Below, one piece after another: positions 7,265 through 16,557 of a DNA stretch of 19,305 nucleotides. Location of the stretch: the NCBI GenBank assembly GCA_018985225.1, contig JADGIF010000112.1, positions 1-19,305 of the forward strand, read 5' to 3'. Made by a program: the position numbers and the translations under genes. Source of the stretch: Amoeboradix gromovi X-113 (lineage: Eukaryota; Fungi; Sanchytriomycota). Every line of letters starts with the position of its first letter. The first letter of the stretch is position 1. The notes below the pieces were generated by a model. That model saw only the letters and a list, made by a program, of their open reading frames with translations, did no database searches and was not told where the DNA came from.

Positions 7265-8723
7265 TTAGTGAGCATTCTTTCGTGAGTATCCAAAATCCTC
7301 AAATTCTTTTTGCGCTTTGCTATCCAGTTGCGAACTAAAGTTTGAGGTTTGTGGAGTCAAAATCGGTGGTAGCTTCGTGAACTCAGAGTCAAAATTGCCA
7401 GTATCATCTATTTTCTTTACCTCAGGTTTGAATGGCATATCGTACTCTCTTTTTAAAAGTTTATTCCAATCGATGTTTTTGAAAAATAAGTGAGACTTAA
7501 TTTCCTCCGCATCAGTTAGTCCACTTCCTAATCTTCTAGTTGAGTCTCTGTCTAGCAATCTTTGTAGCAAACCTTTAGATTCATTCGAAAGAGATTTAGG
7601 ATATCCTATAGGCTGATGGAGAATTGCATGAAATAATTTGTCCACATTCTCAGGGTTGCCAAATGGTGGCCTTCCGCATAGCATTTCATACATAACAATA
7701 CCAAGGGCCCACCAATCTACGCTCCTTCCGTAAGTCTCATCTTCTAGTACTTCTGGCGCTAAATATTCCGGAGTACCGCAAAATGTTGAAGTGGTGTCAG
7801 TCTTTCCAACGCCTTCTTTGCATAGCCCAAAATCCTATGTTAACAAGAAATACAGTGACTTTAACATGGCCATCACTATCAAGCAATAAATTTTCCAGCT
7901 TTAAATCTCTGTAGACAATACCCTTGGAATGAAGGTATCCCAGGGCTAAAGTTATTTCAGCAACGTATAATCTGGTTCTGTCTTCGGAAAACTTTCTCTC
8001 TTTTGTTATGTGGTAGAAAAGCTCACCGCCATTGATGTATTCCATAACAAAATATAACCTGTCATTGGTTTGAAAGGAATAATAAAGTTTGACAAGAAAT
8101 GTGTGATCCAATGACTGCAAAATTCTATTTTCTACCAGTACATGTTCTATGGCATCCTCGTCGGACAAACCGTTCTTTTTTATGACTTTGATTGCAAAAA
8201 ATTCAGGATCGGTTGGTTTCTTATTTTTGTGCTTGGCTAGCATAACTTTACCATAATTGCCCTTGCCCACTACTCTAAGAAACTCAAAGTCCTCGGGCTT
8301 CATGTTTTTATCAAATGGGCTAACAGGGTCACTAATTGGTCCGCTTGTTCTTGCCGAATTTATAGCTTCTATCCACTCATCTCTGTCAGACTTAGAGTCT
8401 GTTTTCATATATCTGCGTTCTCCGTTGTTGATCGTTAATTCAAAACAAGTGTTCCCAAGTTTTTCGTAAGCTCTGCAGTCTATGCCATTCAGGACAAAGC
8501 AATTAGTAGGTGATTTTTCCTCAGCAGGATCTTTAAAGTAATATAGCTCGTTGGGATATAGTACAAACCATCGAGCTCTCCAGTTTTTAATGTAATTTCC
8601 CTGTTTAACTAACCACCCTTGTTTAATTGGAGCTTCTTTTTTGTCATTTACTACGACATCTTGAATTGGCGCGTTAATACTTCGAGAAATTGTTTTGGGT
8701 GCGTCTCTACTTGACTTTGACAT
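7265..8723 (-). CDS. PH-domain AGC kinase, Akt/PKB-like; join(7854..8723, 7265..7834), 479 aa
   Basis: PH KQGWLVKQGNYIKNWRARWFVL; GKGNYGKV, YRDLKLEN; removing a 19-nt intron restores KVT|DFGLCKE...TFCGTPEYLAPE; turn motif LTP and hydrophobic motif FEDFGY; ATG at 8723. Confidence 0.92.
7835..7853 (-). other. 19-nt spliceosomal intron (GTATTTCTTGTTAACATAG)
   Basis: GT-AG, phase 0; its removal exactly restores the kinase DFG motif and joins two ORFs. Confidence 0.92.
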
Positions 8724-9307
8724 TTTAGAATTCCAAGCCTCTCGATAAAAAGTCAACTTTTTATTAATAATTTAAACTCTGGATACAGCGCAAAATCAAA
8801 TTAATATAAATTAACCTATCATTTTAGATTGAAAACGTATCATTTTTTAATTACCATTCAATGTCTCACTTCAAGTGACAAACAGCCATTGAGGCTCTCT
8901 TTTCACAATGTAATAGCATCACGAGCAGCTTTAGCTTTTGAAAGATATGTAGGTTATGGAAGAATACTTTGAGTAACCGTGCCAAAACAACTATTGTAAG
9001 ATAAGAGACATGAGATACAAAACTAGACAAGTATTTGCAACAATAGATCTCATAGGATTAAGAATGACATACTTGTTTAGTACCGTTTACCACAGAGAGT
9101 GATACATAGTGGTATGCTGCCGAGAAGAGGAATCAATTCATCATTGCTAAAGATAATGAAACATGTTGGCCCACAAGTCGGTGGAGCAACTGCTGGCCAA
9201 CTTGGCAGAGAAGAGAAGAATAGACAGAACAACTATTAGCTCCATTTCCAAGTGATGATATACGGGATTTTTTGTAATGCTAATCAAGTATTTACTGTGG
9301 GTCTCAC

Positions 9308-10180
9308 ATGGGGCTTGTAGAGTCACGATTACTGTGGCTAGCAAAAAATACCAAGTTTAACAGATATCCATTATTAATAAATAAAGAGTGTGGGAAATCG
9401 ATTGCTAAGATTTTAGAAGGACCTGATCGAAGAAATATTGTAAATTTAACAGCGGGGTTGTGCTTTATTGAAGAAAATTTAAGCCAAAAGCCATTGCATG
9501 TATTTGAACCTGGCTCTATGGCGTTATATAAAGAATTTGAAGGAGAAAAACTGGATTATTTAAAAGCAGAAACAAATGTCTATTTCGAGACTTTGAACCT
9601 GCCAAAAGAAACTGCAATTTTCGCCAGTGTTGGGGGATCATTGTTTACATTAGCAATCACAATGTGGCTAAAGCTAATGTGCTTAAACCGCTCTCTTTGG
9701 CTCTCGCACCCGCTTTCTATATATATTTTAACAGAAACAAATCTAGCGCTTCAACTAAAAAAAGGTCCTGGTGAAAGGGGATACTCTAGGATATCAATTT
9801 TATCACAGTGTGCATCCGATGCTGAGATACTGTTGACCCTGCCTTCCGGAAGTATACTAGGATTTTCAAAAGGTGCTTCCTTGGTCAAAGTAACTCCAAA
9901 AAATAATGGCTTACAAGACATAGCTTTGTTTAACTACATGTTAAAGTACATTCTCGTAAATAAAAATATGCTGCTTTACAAAGCAATTGAATACTCTGCA
10001 GCAAATTCTGGAATAGATTTTAGAAACTCTAAAATTTATGATTACAAAACTCCCAGAGGACTTTTAAAGAATCTGAAAGTTGCGGAAATAATGCCGTTAG
10101 AATATGAGCTGATTTTTAACGAGTGGAAGACTTGGCCATGCGTAAAAAATGGCCTACTGCGTGATTTCAATAAAGAATAA
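9308..10180 (+). CDS. Divergent mitochondrial transcription factor B / KsgA-Dim1 family protein (Mtf1-like)
   Basis: KsgA-like fold with degenerate SAM motif, PGERGYSRISILSQ, SLVKVTPK, FNYMLKYILVNK, C-terminal FNEWKTWP; start uncertain. Confidence 0.65.
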   Translation: MGLVESRLLWLAKNTKFNRYPLLINKECGKSIAKILEGPDRRNIVNLTAGLCFIEENLSQKPLHVFEPGSMALYKEFEGEKLDYLKAETNVYFETLNLPKETAIFASVGGSLFTLAITMWLKLMCLNRSLWLSHPLSIYILTETNLALQLKKGPGERGYSRISILSQCASDAEILLTLPSGSILGFSKGASLVKVTPKNNGLQDIALFNYMLKYILVNKNMLLYKAIEYSAANSGIDFRNSKIYDYKTPRGLLKNLKVAEIMPLEYELIFNEWKTWPCVKNGLLRDFNKE

Positions 10181-10380
10181 GTACCATTGCAACTCAAATG
10201 GTCTTCAAAGCGTCCGACGGTACTCGAAAATGATTTCTTTCCATTTATGACATCGCTAACCGTGATATTATGACGAAGCAGTCGCAATGCAAGCCCAATA
10301 ATGACATCAATACATGAAATTGTAACGATGCCTATAACCTGCTGTGAAATTTCTGAAAATTACTAATATATTGAACATAT

Positions 10381-10881
10381 TTACTCAAAAGTTTTCAGTA
10401 GCTCTGGTGGTCCAACAATACTCTGACATTTCTGCTTCACCAAGGCTACAGTTTCTGGCGAAATACTATTCCATTTGTTGCCAAGAATGCTTAGCTCTCC
10501 TACAGTAATATTTGCAAATATCTTTTCTATATCCATTTCAGTGATGTAACACAATTTCAATCGCTTAAAATTACAAGAACATTCGGAAACCAGCTCCGCC
10601 CTCCATTTGTTCATAATTTGAAATGATTTTACGTTCTTTTTTCCAAGGACTTTTGCAAATATAAATTTCTTTGATTCTGAGGACAAGGTATCTGATACAT
10701 CACATTCTTTTACAATCTGCCAGTCATCAAAGCTGGCTAGTGACTCTTCGCTGTTGAACCTTGGATAATTCTTTGATATTCTAGTTTGAGCCAGCTTGGT
10801 GGAGCTGCATAGCACTGGTATATCAGGAACATGTTGAAATATCTTCAACTGCAAGTCATATGGAAGAGTTTTTAGAGACAT
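10381..10881 (-). CDS. Small F-box protein
   Basis: N-terminal LKTLPYDLQLKIFQHV F-box-like motif; 166 aa. Confidence 0.6.
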   Translation of the reverse strand: MSLKTLPYDLQLKIFQHVPDIPVLCSSTKLAQTRISKNYPRFNSEESLASFDDWQIVKECDVSDTLSSESKKFIFAKVLGKKNVKSFQIMNKWRAELVSECSCNFKRLKLCYITEMDIEKIFANITVGELSILGNKWNSISPETVALVKQKCQSIVGPPELLKTFE

Positions 10882-11503
10882 TTTATCAAATCCAAAAGTA
10901 CGATGGCTTTTTTATGGTTTCTGCTATCCAATCAACCAGGCTTGTGGTAGAACTTTCGCAATAAATAGAGCTTGATAGTTGCACTTGCCTGCGCAGACTA
11001 TGGTTGTTTATTTGAATCAGCAATAGATACATGTAATTTAACTGTCATCTGTTTTTGTAGAATATGAAATAAACTTACGGGCTGTTGAATTCATGGTGAG
11101 TCTCAAAAAAACAAGAGATCTTATGCAGAAATTTTAACAGGCTACTTCGATGGCGCTTAAGCAGCTACTACTACATCCACCAGGCTCCAAAAGTTTATAA
11201 ATAGAATGGTCCAAATCATAACAACCTTGTTACTAGCAGTCCAAGCCAAGCTGTTACTTAACTGGCATGCCAACCGACTTTAAAGGCTCTTGGATTACCA
11301 AGAGATTTCAGAATATTAAATTTTCGTTGTTTGGTATCTTCATGGACCAGTTTTTTGTATGGGACTAAAAGATGTAGGAGCAAGTTCGCAGAGAAAAAAT
11401 TACAGTTGAGATGTTTCCTCTCACTTAAAGGTGATAGTATATGTGGTGCCTTTGTAAAATAAGCAAGTCTGTTTTGTGTCCCAAAAGGAGTATCTGAAAC
11501 CCC

Positions 11504-12463
11504 ATGGAATCAAACCAAAAACTGACCAAAGTATTTGCACAAGCACCAGGTTACCCACATTGGCCAGGATTTATCACGGAAAATGCCCCTGATTATGTTT
11601 ATACTGATGGTAGAACTAAAAATGATTATTTTTGTGTATTTTTCTTCAATTCTTGGGACTACCAGTTATTTGAAAAGCTATCTCCAGATGTACTGGAGCA
11701 CGTTCAAAAATGCAAATCGACACTGCCATGGGATGAGAACTACGAAAAATTTTTAAAAATCAATAAAAATAAAAAGCGATATATCACCGCTTTGGAAGAA
11801 GGCAAGAGCTGGTCTGATGCAGACATTTTGCTCAAATTAAAAAATGTTGTTGAGAAAAGACGATCTGACGATGAAAAAAGGGCTCATCAATTAAAGAAAA
11901 AACTTGAAAAGGTTAGCAAGCCAGCACCTGTATCTAAAAAGCGCAAATCAGCACCCACTGTTGATTTAAGCTCTAGACCTAATAAGCGATCTAAGGTTCC
12001 CGTTGATCCTCTTAAGAACCTTGTTAAAATCAAAACCTATTTGGACTCTAAAATTTTCACATATCCAAACAATGAGAATATTCCGATTGAGAAGGTTAAG
12101 CAGCAAGTAGAGAAGTTAAAGTCTAGCGACGTGAATTTTGAAATATTAAAGGATTCTAAAATTGGTAAAATGGTGAAGAAGATATCAAAGCTAACTGGGG
12201 AGGACTTGGTGTCTGAGAAGCATAAAAAGAATCATCTGAGTGCGCTTCCACCCAAAGAGCAAATCGAGTTGTTGATAGAAAGTGGTGTTATCAAAGAATG
12301 TAAGAATTTAGTTAGTTACTGGACTACTCTGCTTAGTAATTTAATTATTAACATAGCCGATCAAGGAATTGTAGAACCCGTTGACTCCAAAAAAACATTA
12401 CCTGCAGATGAGGAATTTGTTAATTCCGATCGTGCAGATTCTGCTAACTCGCCCTGCCTGTAA
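11504..12463 (+). CDS. PWWP-domain chromatin protein with C-terminal TFIIS-N/IBD-like helical domain
   Basis: VFAQAPGYPHWPG...YFCVFFFNSWDY; basic NLS-like linker; EILKDSKIGKMVKKI. Confidence 0.8.
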   Translation: MESNQKLTKVFAQAPGYPHWPGFITENAPDYVYTDGRTKNDYFCVFFFNSWDYQLFEKLSPDVLEHVQKCKSTLPWDENYEKFLKINKNKKRYITALEEGKSWSDADILLKLKNVVEKRRSDDEKRAHQLKKKLEKVSKPAPVSKKRKSAPTVDLSSRPNKRSKVPVDPLKNLVKIKTYLDSKIFTYPNNENIPIEKVKQQVEKLKSSDVNFEILKDSKIGKMVKKISKLTGEDLVSEKHKKNHLSALPPKEQIELLIESGVIKECKNLVSYWTTLLSNLIINIADQGIVEPVDSKKTLPADEEFVNSDRADSANSPCL

Positions 12464-13139
12464 AATAGAATAAGTGAATAAATATACTAATGCACTTAAC
12501 AAATTCGCAAGGCTCTTGGTTTTATTCAGATATGTATTGCAAAACTGCATTGCGAGCAAATACCGGAAATGAAGCCAGAAGATATTCGGATGCTTTTCAC
12601 AATTGGCTTTCTCCAGAGGGTGAACATGGTGTTTGCCCTTATATCTTGGTGGATGAGGTTGCCATCTAAGCGACTTAAGTTTAGTTATCGACAGTAAATG
12701 TAGCAATGATTTAGCTGCATTCTTGTTTATACCAGCACTTGCAAAATAAGATTTGCATATTGGCCAACTTTGCAATCTTTCTTAAGAAGTACTCTGTACC
12801 CAAAAAGGTCGTTCTTTGATAATGTACTGGATTGCCTAATATTCGAAGTAGCCAATTGATAATCAGATATAATGCACTGGGTATTAATAAAACAAATCGA
12901 TGAAAGCAGAAAAACTATAAAAGCTATTGTGGCACTTATTCAAATCCTGAATGACAATAGATTGACTTAAAAGCGGTTATTTTTCGGGACACTCATTGTT
13001 CAAATCGATTTACCCTGTGACTTTAGTTCTGATTTCTAGTTCAACCAATAGTGTTTCGTTTATCGATAGGATTAACCTGGCTCAGGGGCACATCCGAATT
13101 AATTGAACATTATTTCAATTGACTCCTTATTACAAGAAA

Positions 13140-13349
13140 ATGATTAAACGATTTGCATCCTCAATTTTTAATCATAAAAGATCTTTTTCCGCGACAAGTA
13201 TTCGATTTTCTACAAAAGGAACAAAGTTTGATGATAGAGAGAGTGCTGCGGAGAATAAGTATGCAAGAGAGCATGATCAAGAATTGTTAAAAAAGTTAAG
13301 AAAAGAAAAAGAATCGAAAGAAAAAAGTAAAAAGAACAGTAAAAAGTAA
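13140..13349 (+). CDS. Mitochondrial F1Fo-ATPase inhibitor (IF1/Inh1-like), 69 aa
   Basis: Arg/Ser-rich presequence from ATG 13140; FDDRESAAENKYAREHDQELLKKLR matches the IF1 consensus. Confidence 0.88.
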   Translation: MIKRFASSIFNHKRSFSATSIRFSTKGTKFDDRESAAENKYAREHDQELLKKLRKEKESKEKSKKNSKK

Positions 13350-13406
13350 ATCGTTTTAGGTAAGTGCGTAATGTAACAAGAAACTAGGCCATTTGTTTTG
13401 TTTTTA

Positions 13407-14799
13407 ATGCTTCAAGTTCCTGCTATCTTTCTATTTATTTGGATCGGTATAGTATTTCTTTCCTCCGTTTATATGATCAGTAAAAGAAGGTTTACCTTTT
13501 TTAAGTACCGATTCCCAAACTTGATTCTAATTCAAAATATTATGTTAGCATTAGTCCTAACTGCCCTTTCACGACCAGTCGTTTTGGGGGTACCATCAAC
13601 TACAGGGCAAGCAGGATTAGACTTGAGTTTCTGTGATTTTATTTACTACGTTAGTTATTTGTTTGCCTTGGTTCCTATCTTATTGCATCCATTACGCACC
13701 TGGGCATTTTACTTCAATTATCAGAGTAGTAGAGCCAAATTGCTGGCAAGTTCGGCGGATCCGTCTCTTTTTCAACCCATAAACGATATGGTGTTTTTCA
13801 AAGTAGATTTACAATGGTTTTTACTTAAAAAAAAGAATTCAGAGCTTAAATATGCAGCAATCTTCTACAGCATACTTATTGGACTAACATCTTTTATATA
13901 TCTAATTATTAGATATACAACAGACAGTTGGTACGTTTCAAGGTTAACTCCAAATCCTGAGTACTGTCCTATGCTTATGGAAATAGAATTGTTAGCCATC
14001 ATGGGCATAATTGGCGTGGCTTTAAACCTTATAATGACTGCTCTAATTAGCAAGTGTAGAGAAAACATTAAACTTGATGTGGAAACAAGCGCCATCAACG
14101 TGGGTGTGATGATTGTTCTAACAATTTATTTGTTGACACTTTTTGATAGTGTTTGCGAAGCTACGGATTGTGCGGAGTTTCGAAGAGTTGTTCTGATTGT
14201 TCTTTCTCAGATATACATGATTGGAAACACCATTTTCCCAATTGTTTATTATCATTTCCAGTTCAACGCTCAAATAGCAGACCAGTCAGCGTTGAAAGAA
14301 AATCTGCAACAAGTGTTCAACAATGTTCAGCTCAAAGCACAATTTAAAGAATTCCTAGTATCTGAGTTCAGTGTAGAAAATTTTCTATTTCTAGAAGCGA
14401 TTAAAAAGCTGAAGAAAAAGTTCGAGGGCGAAGTGGATTTAAATCTTATAAGACAAGGCATACAGGAAGTTTATGACAGTTTCTTCAAGAAAGTATTATT
14501 TATTTATTTAGGATGCATCGAATGCGTTAAATGTATCTCATGTCGTTTCTAAACTTTTGAAGATGCAAATGCAGGATCTTCAAAAAATGTCTGGAGTGGA
14601 CATGCTAAGTATATATGACGAGGCATATTCCGAAATTGCCTTATTAGTAGAAAGCGATTCACTTAGACGATTCATGATTGGAAAAGATGGATCCACAAAA
14701 CTAAACAAATCAAATAATTTTCAAGGATTAAAATCTGCTGCAAATATTAGAAGCACTGCTAATCTTGTGCTTGATCAGGAGAAGATTGGTAATAAGTAG
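13407..14799 (+). CDS. 7TM-RGS protein; join(13407..14492, 14512..14799), 457 aa
   Basis: Seven hydrophobic segments, then RGS box FKEFLVSEFSVENFLF...IQEVYDSFFKK|DASNALNVS...YDEAYSEIALLVESDSLRRF, completed by removing a 19-nt intron. Confidence 0.88.
14493..14511 (+). other. 19-nt spliceosomal intron (GTATTATTTATTTATTTAG)
   Basis: GT-AG, AT-rich, phase 0; removal puts ORF 14557..14799 in frame and completes the RGS domain. Confidence 0.9.
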
Positions 14800-15115
14800 T
14801 AAATATTACTAGTACAGAATTTATAAAAGTTTTAATTGAGAACTTGAGGATTGACTTTGAGAGGATAGTCTTAACTGTGGCCTAGAAGCGCTATCAACGA
14901 GTGCTTTATAAAGTTAACTGAATATTGTATATTCAATTTGGCAACATCAAACCTATCAAATTACTTCTTATCCTCTTATCTTCTTCATCCACGTTATTTC
15001 TTTTAATACAGCAAAAGATTGACGTCGCTATTATGAACGAATCGCAACCAGGTAAGACTACTTTCATGACAGCTTCAACGATAAAAAGAGTAAAGTGTTT
15101 TCTCTAATGTGACTC

Positions 15116-16408
15116 ATGGAAACCATGAGTAATTTTTGTAACGAAACTGGTTTAAGAATGCAACGCAATTTTGAGCAATCTCAGCTACCATCGATGCCCT
15201 CCGTTGATGCTATTTCATTCTCCGAAAGCTGTTTTGAAATAGATTCCAACAGCTATTGCTCATTCTGGAGCGGCACAAACATTCAAAAAATGGTAATCGG
15301 TTCATTTACTATCAACAATAATAAGCAGTTAGAAAAGTATTTAGACAATTTTAAAAATGATACTTGTCAGCCCTATCTGAATTATTACATTTGTAATTTG
15401 ATTAGTCAAAACAGTAACTGTGGTGTTAATTTGTGCGACTCCAGTTGCACTACTATAAATGACAAACTAAGCAGCTGTGATGCCGGATTTAAATATTCCA
15501 TCGACAACTGTCCCAAGGATAAGTGTTTACCTCTTCCTATTGCCCAGCAAGAGAAATCTCAGCATCTAAATGACCTGGCAATTGTAGCTATTGTTGTGTT
15601 TTGTTGTCTGCCTTTTTTATGTTTAATTGTCGGTTGCCACTCAAGAAACAAACGTAGAGCGAGAGAAAGATATTTGTCAAGTAAGGACCCAAGCCCCCAA
15701 CAATCCAAGCTAGTATTAAGAAACGTTGTCTCCTCAAACAGTATGGCGCACAATATCATGAATAAGATCTCGAACGCAAGTTTTCTTTCGTCAAAGAAAT
15801 CTGCTTTTCAACAGCAATATGAAACACAGCGATCATTTGGAGATTTAAATAATGAGCCCGACTATACAGCGAGTCTTCCAAAACTTAAACTAGGGCCAAC
15901 TCCCATTGAATCCCATGTTGTGAAAAGTCCAATGTCAGGTAAGTTAACATGGAGTGATGTGACTGAATACGATTCGTGCGGTTCACCAATTAATAAGACT
16001 AGGATGGTAGAAACAGCCGATTCCGCTGTAGATGGACTGCAATCTAATAAAACCTCTAGAGAATTTACAACCTCGGCAATCCAGACCGATAAATCATATT
16101 TAAATGATTCCAAAAAGTACCGGCAGAACGTTTTTCTTACAAACAGTGTTGAAATACAAACCAGTGCTTCGTTTTTGCAAAAGACTAGCGCAATGTACCT
16201 GAGAGGAACCAAGTCGCTAAGGAACCTGTTGAATTTGAAATTTGATGATAGAAATATCAGTGGCAGTAATTCGGACAGCGCAGATGTGTTTATAAATATA
16301 AGAGATTCCCATCTCTCTGAAAACAGTTCTACTTCAGATAGATTTATGGAAATCGCAAACCCAGATGACTTGATGACTGAAAATGACCTTGACCCATATA
16401 AAGTATAG
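15116..16408 (+). CDS. Single-pass membrane protein with Cys-rich ectodomain (related to 4695..6017) and Ser-rich tail
   Basis: Cys spacing SCFEIDSNSYC...C..Y..YYIC...C..NLC.SSC resembles the 4695..6017 ectodomain; TM LAIVAIVVFCCLPFLCLIVG followed by a basic stretch; start uncertain. Confidence 0.7.
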   Translation: METMSNFCNETGLRMQRNFEQSQLPSMPSVDAISFSESCFEIDSNSYCSFWSGTNIQKMVIGSFTINNNKQLEKYLDNFKNDTCQPYLNYYICNLISQNSNCGVNLCDSSCTTINDKLSSCDAGFKYSIDNCPKDKCLPLPIAQQEKSQHLNDLAIVAIVVFCCLPFLCLIVGCHSRNKRRARERYLSSKDPSPQQSKLVLRNVVSSNSMAHNIMNKISNASFLSSKKSAFQQQYETQRSFGDLNNEPDYTASLPKLKLGPTPIESHVVKSPMSGKLTWSDVTEYDSCGSPINKTRMVETADSAVDGLQSNKTSREFTTSAIQTDKSYLNDSKKYRQNVFLTNSVEIQTSASFLQKTSAMYLRGTKSLRNLLNLKFDDRNISGSNSDSADVFINIRDSHLSENSSTSDRFMEIANPDDLMTENDLDPYKV

Positions 16409-16557
16409 CTTTATTAAACAATGATGATGCGCAATCTCGGGATTACTATCAGTTTACAGTAAATGAAATCATTTTTTGTACAATCAATTTAAGATCGCCT
16501 GATTGGCCATTGAGTAATTAACTGGATTCATAACAAAATATTGCCAAAAACCTCTAG

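Noticed and set aside
12398-12775. 125-aa minus-strand ORF overlapping the PWWP gene end
   Set aside because: Non-ATG start and no recognisable motif; the region 12460-13120 may be decayed coding DNA but could not be assigned.
14925-15107. Upstream exon or signal peptide for 15116..16408, with a possible 21-nt GT-AG intron at 15052-15072
   Set aside because: No ATG before the hydrophobic stretch, and no splice solution joins it to the downstream ORF.
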